The notes under the pieces: generated by a model
The model's database searches: none
What the model was told of the DNA's origin: nothing
Seen by the model: the letters and a program-made list of their open reading frames with translations, nothing else
Part shown: positions 40,159 through 50,090 of the stretch, one piece after another
Position numbering within the stretch: the first letter of the stretch is position 1
Layout: each line of letters begins with the position of its first letter
Translations under genes and position numbers: made by a program
NCBI GenBank assembly: GCA_964403155.1
Contig: CAYOEG010000001.1
Coordinates: 85,550 to 149,549 of the forward strand
DNA from: an uncultured Candidatus Saccharibacteria bacterium
GTDB taxonomy: Bacteria > Patescibacteriota > Dojkabacteria > SC72
Direction of reading: 5' to 3'
DNA length: 64,000 bases

Positions 40159-41311
40159 ATATATACCAAGAATACCAAAGTACAACATCTACAACAAGCA
40201 AGATTCCAATTATCCACGAGACCTTCCCTGTTTTAGGAAGAATACTCTTCTCTTCGATATTTTCATCAGTAACCCCAAGTACAGATTCTCCTGTACCCTC
40301 TTCTACAGACTCTTCTTCTACATACTCTTTTTCTGCAAACTTCTCTACCCAATTATCATAAGACATAGTGTACGGAATTCTCTTTACACACAAGCTCTCT
40401 CTTGCTGGTTGTACAGAGGCACCTGGGACAATAGCATCTCCTCTATATGCGAATACAGATACTGCGTTAGTATCTGTGTACGTGTAGTAAGGCGAGCCAT
40501 ATACCGAACAAATTTCCTTAATATTTGGATTGTATATTGAAAACACTTCTAACTCCTCGGGAACATCACTTAAAGAGAATTTGACTACATGTTCATCCCC
40601 TGCGCCTAAATCAAATTTCTCTTCATGTGTAAGATATTTGAATACAAGATTATTTAGATATTCCTTGCTCATATTACGAATATATACACTAATATCTACA
40701 GTTTCATCATCATTTCTAATATACTCTGCTTCCCCTATTTCCAACGGATTCTTAATCTTCGTACTCTCAAGTATATATCCTCCTTCTTTACCATTGGGGA
40801 TTTCTCCAATCCCATCATACTGTTTGTAAATTCCAGATTTAATCAAATTCTGATTAGAGTATTTGTACAAAAGATTTGTCGTGTTTACATCTGATATATT
40901 TAATACATCAGTTAAATCCCCCATCTCTGAATTATTTCGACTTAATACTAAATTTACCTTAGAAATATTTATACTATGTCCAGCACTATTTTTTAAAAGA
41001 TATATCAAATCTACGCTAGTACCTGGAGGACCATATACTCGATCTGCCACCACAGGGATTCTCCTTGGGAAATCAAAATCTATATATCCTGAGATACCAG
41101 TGGAAAGAATCCCACTGGTACTTTCAGCCATAAAGTCTGAGCGTACATATTGTATATCCTCTATATCAGGATAGCCTTCGGTTCCTAGTGCTACAGCTTG
41201 ATAGTACTGATTAGCACTAGCATCTTTACTTACATCAAAGCTATCTGCATACACAGGAGTTGCGAAAATTATGAAGAAGTACAAGATCATTTTGAGAATC
41301 TTTCTCGCCAT
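40088..41311 (-). CDS. Secreted protein with C-terminal LPxTG-like sorting signal
   Basis: Signal peptide (VYA-D); acidic linker, LPKTG, hydrophobic helix, basic tail. Confidence 0.7.
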   Translation of the reverse strand: MARKILKMILYFFIIFATPVYADSFDVSKDASANQYYQAVALGTEGYPDIEDIQYVRSDFMAESTSGILSTGISGYIDFDFPRRIPVVADRVYGPPGTSVDLIYLLKNSAGHSINISKVNLVLSRNNSEMGDLTDVLNISDVNTTNLLYKYSNQNLIKSGIYKQYDGIGEIPNGKEGGYILESTKIKNPLEIGEAEYIRNDDETVDISVYIRNMSKEYLNNLVFKYLTHEEKFDLGAGDEHVVKFSLSDVPEELEVFSIYNPNIKEICSVYGSPYYTYTDTNAVSVFAYRGDAIVPGASVQPARESLCVKRIPYTMSYDNWVEKFAEKEYVEEESVEEGTGESVLGVTDENIEEKSILPKTGKVSWIIGILLVVDVVLWYSWYIYESKNTNSRLCTKSSKNAKQRGL

Positions 41312-41372
41312 AGTGAAGGTATAATAATTTAATACCTCCACATTACAGTACTAAAATGAAATTCCTCTGAAC

Positions 41373-43745
41373 TTACTTTGCTATCTTTACCTTGTCAGTC
41401 ACATAGAAATTACGCTTGAACTTCGATAGACCCAACATCATCTCTGTCTGAGCCTGCACATATGGTATGAAGCCGAAGGTAAGCATATTTACAGTAACAA
41501 GGAATGTTTCAGCGAAATCTAAAAGATGTCTCCACCATTTCCAATTCTTTGGCACAGAAGAAAGCTGCCTTCTAAAAATCACCAGCGGAATATTCGTAAG
41601 AGTAATAGCAGTAAAGATATAGCTTAACGCTTTTTGCAGATTGTATGCCAATACAGTGTACTGGTAGCTCGGACTTAACCATCCCATTATTAAAAGACCA
41701 AAGGTTAAAACAAATACCACTGTCATATACCAAACCTGATACTCAAAAATATTCTTAAGCATAAAAGCTCTACGATATACAGGGAAACCTTCATCCTTTT
41801 TGAAAAGAGATGCCATCGTAATTGGGACATTCACAGATCCCCATCCCCATCTATGCTGCTGCTTGTAATATGATACATGTGTCTTAACAAATGTCTCATT
41901 TTCTACAGCATCATTGTAAGTCGGGATATATACCTCTTGGCTTTTAAATGTACCCTTACTTCTCACCATAGCATTCCAATAGAAAGCTGTGTCATCATTA
42001 GCGATCTCTGGATCCCAGAATTCAAAATCCTTAAGTGTTTTCAGATTTACAATATATGAAGAGAAGGTATCTCTAACATATATACGCTCGCCTAAGAAAG
42101 GAATCCTTTTGAATTTATCCACTACCCAGTTCTGAAGTAATACCAGTGTCAACATATTAGACTGCGCTCTGATTAAAGGTGGAACTCTCCAGATATTGTT
42201 GTTAAACGTGTGAACAGCAGTCGCATAGTATGTATTATCTCTGTCCTCTGTATGCAAGTATTTGTACAAGACGGCAGAAAGATACTTAGGGTGAGGTCTA
42301 AGGTCAGAGTCGCAAGTTGCAACCATATAGTTGGCAATATCTTTCCCCTCTTTCTCAACATCTTGAACAAAATGTCTTGCAGCCCAGTTAATGTTCGCAC
42401 CCTTCACACCTGCGACCTCTCCTTCAATGCCTGCAGGATGGATGTAGTACCGCATACTTCCAAATTTCTTTCCATATTTTTCTTTGAGATGTTTAAAGTT
42501 CGCCTCTTGTAAATCTTTTTTCCTTTCTTCCATAGCTACAACTACATCTATCCTGTCTGCCCCAATATCACTCTTTGACCAAGCATCAAATGTTGGCTCT
42601 AAAACATCTAAAGATTCGCCATACACTGGACATAGATACATAAACCTGACGGTTTTTGCTTCTTCTCCTACCTCCTCATTAATCTTTTTTACCCAGTCTG
42701 TAGTTGTCTCTTTCTTCATTCTCTTAAGTCCAATTGCTATACCTGTTACGAATTTAATTGTCCTAAGAGACCAATATGCAACTAGGAAGGCAATATATAT
42801 GGCGAAGGCCTGATTCCACCTAAATATGGCAAAGATGAATGGTGCGAGTAAGAATAGCCACATGAACATACCAGGAAGAAATTCATAGAACCTTCTTAGT
42901 GCCGTGGAGGTGCCTTTAGGAAATCCCCCCTCTTTGTCTCTTGGTTTGTATGGGTTCTCATATTTAATAACTCCACCTAAAGTACCATAGAGCCTGCTGC
43001 TAACTTCATTTACCTTGTAACCAAAATCTCTAGTCAAAGGTGCTCGAACCAATGATATTGATATGATGCCCAATACTCCTGCAAGGAATGCTTTGACACC
43101 AGCTAGAAATGATCCGTCTCTTTCATTTCTTCCTGTAACAACCAAACCTACTTTCTTTTTAATAATTCTGTATCGGAATCCCTTTGCCACTATCTTCTGA
43201 ATTAGTAATGTATCCTCCATATATTTAAACTCAGCAACAAAACCTCCTACTGCTTCAAAAGCCTCTCTCCTAACAATCACAAAACCTGCATAATCCCATT
43301 TAAGCCCCTTGATAGGATTCATAGCACTAAGATTCTTTGCCACATTAATAAACTTGGTTGCCAAATCTTTGTTCACAGATCTTTCACCTGTGTATTCAAA
43401 TTGAGAAGTAGCACAATCCAACTTCATATAGTTAAATTCATCCACAATTTCTTTTAAATCATTTTCCCCTAAGAACTGAACATCCGCATCCATGAATATG
43501 ACAATGTCTTTCTCTGCAGCATTAAAACCATTGTTTCTCCCTACCGCTGGAATACCACCTTCGACGACTTTTGCTCCATACTTTTTAGATATTTCTCTTG
43601 TGTTGTCTTCTGATTTTGCGTCTGGAACTATTACTTCATATGGTTGATACGTCTGTTTTTTAATACTTTCTAATATCACCGGCATATTCTTTTCCTCATT
43701 CTTAACCGGTATAACTATTGAAACTGGTAATATCTTCTTTTCCAT
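41373..43745 (-). CDS. Fusion of a soluble GT2 domain and a processive membrane GT2 domain
   Basis: SIVIPVKNEE and DADV in domain 1; CPVYGE, CDSD, NDD, QQHRW plus TMs in domain 2. Confidence 0.88.
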   Translation of the reverse strand: MEKKILPVSIVIPVKNEEKNMPVILESIKKQTYQPYEVIVPDAKSEDNTREISKKYGAKVVEGGIPAVGRNNGFNAAEKDIVIFMDADVQFLGENDLKEIVDEFNYMKLDCATSQFEYTGERSVNKDLATKFINVAKNLSAMNPIKGLKWDYAGFVIVRREAFEAVGGFVAEFKYMEDTLLIQKIVAKGFRYRIIKKKVGLVVTGRNERDGSFLAGVKAFLAGVLGIISISLVRAPLTRDFGYKVNEVSSRLYGTLGGVIKYENPYKPRDKEGGFPKGTSTALRRFYEFLPGMFMWLFLLAPFIFAIFRWNQAFAIYIAFLVAYWSLRTIKFVTGIAIGLKRMKKETTTDWVKKINEEVGEEAKTVRFMYLCPVYGESLDVLEPTFDAWSKSDIGADRIDVVVAMEERKKDLQEANFKHLKEKYGKKFGSMRYYIHPAGIEGEVAGVKGANINWAARHFVQDVEKEGKDIANYMVATCDSDLRPHPKYLSAVLYKYLHTEDRDNTYYATAVHTFNNNIWRVPPLIRAQSNMLTLVLLQNWVVDKFKRIPFLGERIYVRDTFSSYIVNLKTLKDFEFWDPEIANDDTAFYWNAMVRSKGTFKSQEVYIPTYNDAVENETFVKTHVSYYKQQHRWGWGSVNVPITMASLFKKDEGFPVYRRAFMLKNIFEYQVWYMTVVFVLTFGLLIMGWLSPSYQYTVLAYNLQKALSYIFTAITLTNIPLVIFRRQLSSVPKNWKWWRHLLDFAETFLVTVNMLTFGFIPYVQAQTEMMLGLSKFKRNFYVTDKVKIAK

Positions 43746-44357
43746 TTAATTGATTTTCTTAAATATGTTAAGCACCCACTTTGTTATCTTCTTCTGATTA
43801 GTTTGGTATATGAGGAAGAGTACTATGAATATTATAACAGCGATTCCAAGTACCTTGAAGATATCATATACCTTAGCAAATTCCCCTATTCCTTTCCCTA
43901 CCATATATCCTAGAAATGAGAGTAATGCTGCCCTACTTCCCGCCACTATGAATGCATATTTTAAGAAGTTACCAATATTCAAAGCTTTCACTTTCCCCAT
44001 ATACAAAAGACCTGGAATTGCCAATGGCCCAGCAAACTTAACCAGCATTAGTGTAGCTCCAGGATGGGTTTTGTATGAATTATCCAATGTTTTAAGGAAT
44101 TCACTTTTACTACTATCTAGATTTTTCTTTACAAATTTCGAATTGGAAAGTTTTCTGCCTAAGAGGAAGTAGAACATATCTACTATTAATTCAATAACTA
44201 TTGCAGCTACACATATTATCCATATGTTTAGAACTCCCGTAGCAGCTAGTGTAGATGCTATGAAGTTAGTTGATGAGCCATCTATGAAGAAACATAAAAA
44301 AACAACAGGGTATCGGGCTGTGGATATTAGTTGGGTTATGTATGTAAGTATATTCAT
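43746..44357 (-). CDS. DedA/VTT family membrane protein
   Basis: DMFYFLLGR, KFAGPL, GYMVG pattern. Confidence 0.8.
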   Translation of the reverse strand: MNILTYITQLISTARYPVVFLCFFIDGSSTNFIASTLAATGVLNIWIICVAAIVIELIVDMFYFLLGRKLSNSKFVKKNLDSSKSEFLKTLDNSYKTHPGATLMLVKFAGPLAIPGLLYMGKVKALNIGNFLKYAFIVAGSRAALLSFLGYMVGKGIGEFAKVYDIFKVLGIAVIIFIVLFLIYQTNQKKITKWVLNIFKKIN

Positions 44358-44439
44358 AACGGTATTCTTGTAGATGATACATTAAACGGGGTGTAGATTA
44401 CAATTAACCGTTTTTTAGTTGAAAATCTTTACGAATTGG

Positions 44440-44473
44440 ACCAGTGTGGTTGTTTTGGAGCAACCACACTGGT
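44440..44473 (-). terminator. Perfect 13-bp stem after orphan gene
   Basis: accagtgtggttg / caaccacactggt. Confidence 0.65.
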
Positions 44474-44498
44474 TACTTCGTCGTTAAGGGAGAAGCTG

Positions 44499-44852
44499 TC
44501 ATGCCTTTTTGCTTGCAACCCCTTTTCGGATTGAGAGTGCCTTGTAGTAAAGCATCCTCAGAAAAGCAAGAACGCACATGAAGCCTTTGATGATTGTTTT
44601 TTGGATTGCTTTCTTGAAGAACAACAAGTCCGTTAACCAAACAATGAGGATTGAGATCAGGATTATCTGATAGATATCCTTAAGGATGATCAACATTACC
44701 AACTGAGCAATCATCATTCCCAGCAGGGTAAGTGTCAAAGTCGCAACCTTTCTCATGTTCTGATAAATCTCAAGCAACTCCATGAGAACGATGAAGCCTA
44801 GCACGATTGCACCTACTGCCGTTACACCGTACGCTATTTTAAGAGCTAACAT
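44499..44852 (-). CDS. Orphan small membrane protein, SD-led
   Basis: GGAGG 4 nt before ATG 44852; 3-4 hydrophobic helices. Confidence 0.7.
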   Translation of the reverse strand: MLALKIAYGVTAVGAIVLGFIVLMELLEIYQNMRKVATLTLTLLGMMIAQLVMLIILKDIYQIILISILIVWLTDLLFFKKAIQKTIIKGFMCVLAFLRMLYYKALSIRKGVASKKA

Positions 44853-44956
44853 TTTGCCTCCCATTCAGCAAACGAAGTTTTAATTCCTATCGAGGAATTA
44901 ATTCAACCTAATTATACTATAAGTTTTTTGGAATGCGCAATTAAAAGGTTTACGAG

Positions 44957-45004
44957 AAGAAAAACGGCACCCGTTAAATTGCCGAAACGGATATGTTGTT
45001 CTTT
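44957..45004 (-). terminator. Terminator-like repeat, copy 1
   Basis: aagaaaaacggcacccgt identical to 46941-46958; other arm partly degenerate. Confidence 0.6.
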
Positions 45005-45040
45005 TTTTGAATGATACATGAAAGCACTAGGCTAGTAAAT

Positions 45041-45742
45041 CTACAAATCCGTTGATTTCAGGAGATTACCGCTTATTCCATCTAAGTAGCTAACCCTTGT
45101 TCTTAATCCTTGTGAGTACTCATTTGTAGGATCTTCTAATTTACTTCTGCTATATTCATTTACCTGCCATACAGGTGTATTTCCATATTCTCTTTGAACA
45201 TCAGATAGCCCGAAATTGTAAGTAATATAGCTTGAATTAAAATCTAATCCTGAAGATATCATCTTTGTATATATATCCTCCGAATTTACAAACCCTTCCG
45301 GATTAAAGAAATTCCTAACATCTGGATCTGCTTCGAACTCTGTTTGTCCCCATGTGACGACACCTCCATCTAAATATACAGTCCCATCCATCCATCTAAC
45401 AGTTGCGTCTTGTTTCAGGGATTTGGAATATATGAAGCAACTCCAGGTTGGCATTTTTCCATCTTCTCCACCTACATATATTTGTTTCCCATTAATCTCA
45501 TATGGGGTTACTACTCCGGAGCAGCTGAGATATTGTACATCTGGTGCCCATTCTAAAGCGAATTTCTTCATATAAAAGAATGCGTCCGTACTATCTATCA
45601 TTGCGGGGGTTGGTATTGATTCCGCAAGATCTTTTGCTTGCTTATTTTTATTTATTAATACTAGGGTAATAGATGTTCCGATTGCTAATGTTGCTATTAT
45701 TATCGCAATAATAATAAGAAGTTTTTTCTTCTTTTTATCCAT
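45041..45742 (-). CDS. Membrane-anchored hypothetical protein
   Basis: Poly-Lys then TM, 233 aa. Confidence 0.75.
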   Translation of the reverse strand: MDKKKKKLLIIIAIIIATLAIGTSITLVLINKNKQAKDLAESIPTPAMIDSTDAFFYMKKFALEWAPDVQYLSCSGVVTPYEINGKQIYVGGEDGKMPTWSCFIYSKSLKQDATVRWMDGTVYLDGGVVTWGQTEFEADPDVRNFFNPEGFVNSEDIYTKMISSGLDFNSSYITYNFGLSDVQREYGNTPVWQVNEYSRSKLEDPTNEYSQGLRTRVSYLDGISGNLLKSTDL

Positions 45743-45781
45743 TAGTTATGAATAATATATTAATATACATATATTATCATA

Positions 45782-46387
45782 TTAATCCTTCTTTATTTTA
45801 TTACTAACCTTTTTTGCTGTCTTTTTAATATCCTCTACTATCTCATCCACTTCTTCCTTAATTGCTTTCTTAGTAGCTTTGACTTCTTTAATTGGTTCGA
45901 GGATATCAATAATCTTGTCTAATTTTTTGTTTAATTTTTCAATATCTGCTTTTAGATCTCCACAATCACAGTTACAACCTCCACTACTCTTCTTACCATT
46001 CTTTACTTCGAAACATTCGCTACATAGGACAGGTTTGCTGCTTTGTGGTTTGAATGGTACTTCACAGTCTTTACCACACTGATCACATACTACAGAGAAC
46101 ATCTGTCTATCTTCCCTACCTCTAAAGCTATCTCTTCCATAGCTTGGTCTTCTGTCTCTACTTCTTCCTCTGTCATCTCCACCTTTTCCTTCAAAACATT
46201 CACTACAGTATGTTGGTTTGTCTCCTGATGGTCTGAATGGTACTCTACAGTCTTTTCCACATTGATCACATACTGCATCGAACATTTCTGGTCTATCTCC
46301 TCTATTGCCACCAAATCCTCTTCCTCCACCACCAAAGCTTCTACCACCACCTCTATTATTTCCACCTGATCTATTAAAGTCTCTCAT
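45782..46387 (-). CDS. CxxC-x17-CxxC domain protein (two copies) with RGG-rich N-terminus
   Basis: CDQCGKDCRVPFRP...YCSECF twice. Confidence 0.9.
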   Translation of the reverse strand: MRDFNRSGGNNRGGGRSFGGGGRGFGGNRGDRPEMFDAVCDQCGKDCRVPFRPSGDKPTYCSECFEGKGGDDRGRSRDRRPSYGRDSFRGREDRQMFSVVCDQCGKDCEVPFKPQSSKPVLCSECFEVKNGKKSSGGCNCDCGDLKADIEKLNKKLDKIIDILEPIKEVKATKKAIKEEVDEIVEDIKKTAKKVSNKIKKD

Positions 46388-46477
46388 TTATATATATTTC
46401 TTTTTAATTTATTAACACAGTGAGTATATTCTAAAGCTGTTGGAATAACAATGAAGATTAATATGGGGCATTACAAA

Positions 46478-46510
46478 GAGCCAGTGGCAATATATCAAAG
46501 CCACTGGCTC
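46478..46510 (-). terminator. 11-bp stem after orphan gene
   Basis: gagccagtggc / gccactggctc. Confidence 0.65.
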
Positions 46511-46526
46511 ACCTTGCACATCTGAT

Positions 46527-46808
46527 CTACTCGTCGTAATAACCTGGCACAGGGTAAGGACCATCGTCAAGGTTATTCGCTAGGAGGAAAAACAGCGAAG
46601 CGATCACGAATATGATAGCCAAAACCCAGACCCACCAAGTATGGATGATTGCGCCCATCACAATGTCTCCAATACTCGATACAAGCCCCACCAATCCAAA
46701 CACGTTGGCTGTTTTGGTTTTACCTTTCGTCAAAAGGATCAACAAGCCCACGAGTCCAACGACTGCAAGGACGGCAAAAACAGTTGTTATCACAATTTTT
46801 GGTTCCAT
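46527..46808 (-). CDS. Orphan small 3-TM membrane protein, SD-led
   Basis: 93 aa; AAGGGAGA upstream. Confidence 0.7.
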   Translation of the reverse strand: MEPKIVITTVFAVLAVVGLVGLLILLTKGKTKTANVFGLVGLVSSIGDIVMGAIIHTWWVWVLAIIFVIASLFFLLANNLDDGPYPVPGYYDE

Positions 46809-46940
46809 CTCTTTTTCTCTCCCTTTTTAGAGTGCAAGGTCTATACTTCCCACGGAAGTAATTAACTGGATTATACTATTAAATAAAGAGTTTTTACATA
46901 TCTAATGGTTATGAAGATCAATATTCGGTATGGTTGTTAA

Positions 46941-46986
46941 AAGAAAAACGGCACCCGTGTTTTTTTTACGGATGCCGTAGTTCTTT
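46941..46986 (-). terminator. Terminator-like repeat, copy 2
   Basis: Minus strand ACGGCATCCGT-loop-ACGGGTGCCGT-TTTTCTT. Confidence 0.75.
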
Positions 46987-47000
46987 GTTAAAATCACTTC

Positions 47001-47399
47001 TCAATCCAATAGACTGAAATCGCTTGCCATTGGATCATTTTTAATCTGTTGGATTCGCTCAGAGTATTCCTCCTTCGACCACTCAGTAACCCACCAGGAT
47101 TCCTCGTCTTCTCGATATTTATATTTGCAGAATGGCTTGTAGCCAACAACCGCGGAGAAAGCATCAATCATTCTCTGACAATATATTCTACAGACTACAA
47201 TCAGAAGATTATCCTTTATCCACGTAATATTCATTAAATTCCCCGCTCCACATAATCCAGTGTACCTACTCCAGCCAGCCATACTTGTATGAATTAAGAA
47301 AAAGAAATCATCCAAAAGCCCTGTTGCTCGGAGATCTTTCTCCATATCCTCTGGCACCCAAACCTTTCTTCCTAATATATCCTTGATTGTTTCAGACAT
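47001..47399 (-). CDS. Orphan hypothetical protein, SD-led
   Basis: 132 aa; AAGGAG upstream. Confidence 0.7.
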   Translation of the reverse strand: MSETIKDILGRKVWVPEDMEKDLRATGLLDDFFFLIHTSMAGWSRYTGLCGAGNLMNITWIKDNLLIVVCRIYCQRMIDAFSAVVGYKPFCKYKYREDEESWWVTEWSKEEYSERIQQIKNDPMASDFSLLD

Positions 47400-47621
47400 A
47401 GCTTTCTCCTTGGAAGTTTCTAAATATGATTTTTGAATAAATGAGTACAGTTTAAGGTCTCAAAGGCCCCAAATTGTACTCACTTAAGTAAGTGATTTTT
47501 AAAGAACATCACAAGATTGAAAATATGTATATGCATATATTTATATAATCCTGTATATATAAGGATTATATATAATTAACAAAGAGAAATCCACATTATA
47601 GGTTACTATCACTAAGGAAGG

Positions 47622-48065
47622 TTATACACTTGCGATATATTTCTCTATCTTCTCTGATACTCCATCTAAATTTTCCCAAGAGAGAATCTTCAAACCCTCT
47701 TCTATGTTCATCCATACAATTTCCATTCCCGTATCTGCTTCTGCCTTTGTGAAGGTTCTTTCTATTCTTTTATCACTTTTAAGTACAACTAAGAAATAGT
47801 GATCTGTTTTATGTACGTCCTTGTTCCAAGATAATATGTAATCATTTATAGCTACTGGTTCTATTATTTCAATATCGTTATACCCTGTTTCTTCTCCTAC
47901 TTCCCTTTTAGCAGCTTCTTCTAAGCTCTCATTTCCTTCTACATGTCCCTTAGGTAATACATATTTTTCTTCACCCTGTAGATTATGCCTATGGATTACT
48001 AGTAGCTCGTATATATCCCCATTCTTTCTCAAGAGATAGCAACCTGCTGATGTATGTTCTTGCAT
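47622..48065 (-). CDS. NUDIX hydrolase
   Basis: PKGHVEGNESLEEAAKREVGEETG. Confidence 0.93.
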   Translation of the reverse strand: MQEHTSAGCYLLRKNGDIYELLVIHRHNLQGEEKYVLPKGHVEGNESLEEAAKREVGEETGYNDIEIIEPVAINDYILSWNKDVHKTDHYFLVVLKSDKRIERTFTKAEADTGMEIVWMNIEEGLKILSWENLDGVSEKIEKYIASV

Positions 48066-48075
48066 AGTATTTTAT

Positions 48076-48459
48076 TTATATAACAATATGGTCCTCTTTT
48101 GTCCAACCTGGTATCGAATGTATAAGAACCCAACACTCATCTCCTTTTGCCCAGTGTATATTACTTGGTTCTATTGTATATTTATCTCCCTCTTTTAGAT
48201 TAATAACTTCATCCTCGATATGTAATTCCATATCTCCCTTAAGAATTGTATAGTACTGTGTCATTTTTATATGTTTATGTGGCTTGCTATCTATTATTAC
48301 CTCCACTGCTTTATCATATTCTGGATGTTCATCTACTGGTTCTATCTCACATACAAAATGTAATCCTCTTCCATCTAAGTCATATGCTTTCTTTGAGGGA
48401 TATTTCTCAGATAGTTGTTTGAGTATCCTTTCTGATCTTTGTTGTAAGGTTTCTTCCAT
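48076..48459 (-). CDS. Cupin domain protein
   Basis: HKH...YTILKG...GD..I.P..IH. Confidence 0.85.
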   Translation of the reverse strand: MEETLQQRSERILKQLSEKYPSKKAYDLDGRGLHFVCEIEPVDEHPEYDKAVEVIIDSKPHKHIKMTQYYTILKGDMELHIEDEVINLKEGDKYTIEPSNIHWAKGDECWVLIHSIPGWTKEDHIVI

Positions 48460-48472
48460 AGCTAATTATATT

Positions 48473-49012
48473 CTAATTCATAGTATAAACCCATCCTGGT
48501 TCCCACTTCCCTATCTTTCTCCAATCATTTTTAAATGCTTCTTCCCATGTCATATTCTTTAATATTGTATCTAATGCTAATTGTGGTGCTTTATGTGCAA
48601 CTATTGCTATATGTTTACCCTCATATTTCTTTTTAATATCTTCTAAGAAAGATATCATTCTTTGTTTTACATCTTCATATGATTCTCCATTCGGGAATTT
48701 TGTATATATCATTTGTTCTTGTAATGGTTCTACAATATCTGATGGTTTACCATTGTAATCACCATAGTTACATTCTCTTAATCTACTGTCTATTATTATT
48801 GGATATCTTTCTTTAAAGGATAGTTCTGTAGAATGTACAGCTCTTTTTAAATCAGAACAGAATACAATATCAAAGGGAGTAGTGTTTAATAATGGTAATT
48901 CTTTAGATTGTTGTATACCTTTTTCTGATATATCTACATCTTTCCAACCACTGGATATGTGTTGTTCATTATCTGTAGTTGTACCATGAACGAAATAGGT
49001 TATGGTTAACAT
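48473..49012 (-). CDS. Histidine phosphatase family protein
   Basis: FVHG, SDLKRA, LRECNYG, GES, VAH; start placed at ATG 49012. Confidence 0.9.
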   Translation of the reverse strand: MLTITYFVHGTTTDNEQHISSGWKDVDISEKGIQQSKELPLLNTTPFDIVFCSDLKRAVHSTELSFKERYPIIIDSRLRECNYGDYNGKPSDIVEPLQEQMIYTKFPNGESYEDVKQRMISFLEDIKKKYEGKHIAIVAHKAPQLALDTILKNMTWEEAFKNDWRKIGKWEPGWVYTMN

Positions 49013-49042
49013 AGGGTTATTATAGCATGTATAATCTAAGCA
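49013..49042. promoter_or_regulatory. Back-to-back -10 elements for two divergent, probably leaderless genes
   Basis: attata (49019-24) gcatg tataat (49030-35); 6 and 7 nt from the respective ATGs. Confidence 0.65.
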
Positions 49043-49708
49043 ATGAAACAAGAACTTAAGTATATTAAAAACAAAAACGATAATATAAAGTACGTGACTG
49101 TAAATTTAACTGAATCTACTGATTTAGATGAATTAGAAGCTATTTCTAAAGATACCACTTACCCTATTTATGCGATACCAGAAGATGTAACAACAGAGTT
49201 CAATGAAGGTGGGTGGTTAGTATGTGCAAAAGGTGTAAATACCAAAAATATCTGGCAATTTGTTAATGGTTGGGCTATGCCATATGAATGTTTTGTAAAT
49301 GGTTTTCCTTTTCCAGTGAAGATGGAAGATATGTGGAAATCGCAAACAAAAATCGAAGTAATCGATATTGATGAAGTAAGATGGAATCTCAAATTACCCT
49401 GGTGGTCCACCGATGGAGAAATTCCTTACAATTTAACCCCACAAGAAGTATTAGATGAAATAAATAGATATCAAGAACATAAGGATAGAATATACAAATC
49501 GGAATTAGAATATCCCCTATTATTAGTACCAACTAAACAAAATAGATGGTTAATATATGATGGTGTACATAGGTTTGTTAAACAGTTATTAGAAGGTAAA
49601 AAAACTGTACTTGTAAAAAAGTTTGAGATAGAGGAAATGGATGAATATATTCATGATATAGATAAGAAAAGGTTTGAGGAATGGAAGAGGTTGGAGATTA
49701 CTCGTTAG
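49043..49708 (+). CDS. Protein with ParB/Srx-like C-terminal domain
   Basis: YPLLL...IYDGVHR motif. Confidence 0.6.
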   Translation: MKQELKYIKNKNDNIKYVTVNLTESTDLDELEAISKDTTYPIYAIPEDVTTEFNEGGWLVCAKGVNTKNIWQFVNGWAMPYECFVNGFPFPVKMEDMWKSQTKIEVIDIDEVRWNLKLPWWSTDGEIPYNLTPQEVLDEINRYQEHKDRIYKSELEYPLLLVPTKQNRWLIYDGVHRFVKQLLEGKKTVLVKKFEIEEMDEYIHDIDKKRFEEWKRLEITR

Positions 49709-50090
49709 TACAACGTTTCAGAAGGTTATTGTAATAGTATTTGAGTCTTTCCTTATCTTCGTTCTCTTTTACACCCTTATAATAAATTTCAATAAAAACA
49801 ATTTTTAATTCTTTGGGAATAAAAATATAAATAAGCCTAAGCCCCGTATTACTTCCTTTACTTTTAAAAGATTTTGAAGCGATTTTTTTAACTTTCAGAG
49901 AAATTACATCCTCTGAACAAAAACTTGGGATGGGAAAGATCCCATTACTATCTAGTGATTGTAAATGATAAAGCTCAATAGATGCTTTTTTGAGAACCTC
50001 GATGTCATCCTCTAATGTGCGATACTTTTTACAAAGCTTCTTAAGATCTTTATTAAACTCTGTTGTGCTTTCATAGCTGATTTTCTCCAT
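49698..50090 (-). CDS. RelE/ParE-like toxin
   Basis: EFNKDLKKLCKKY, GLRLIY, IEIYYK; start MEKISY overlaps upstream stop. Confidence 0.7.
   Translation of the reverse strand: MEKISYESTTEFNKDLKKLCKKYRTLEDDIEVLKKASIELYHLQSLDSNGIFPIPSFCSEDVISLKVKKIASKSFKSKGSNTGLRLIYIFIPKELKIVFIEIYYKGVKENEDKERLKYYYNNLLKRCTNE

Noticed and set aside
44400-47400. Integron cassette array with attC sites
   Set aside because: 3' hairpins lack RYYYAAC/GTTRRRY boxes, genes have their own promoters, and no canonical IntI is present
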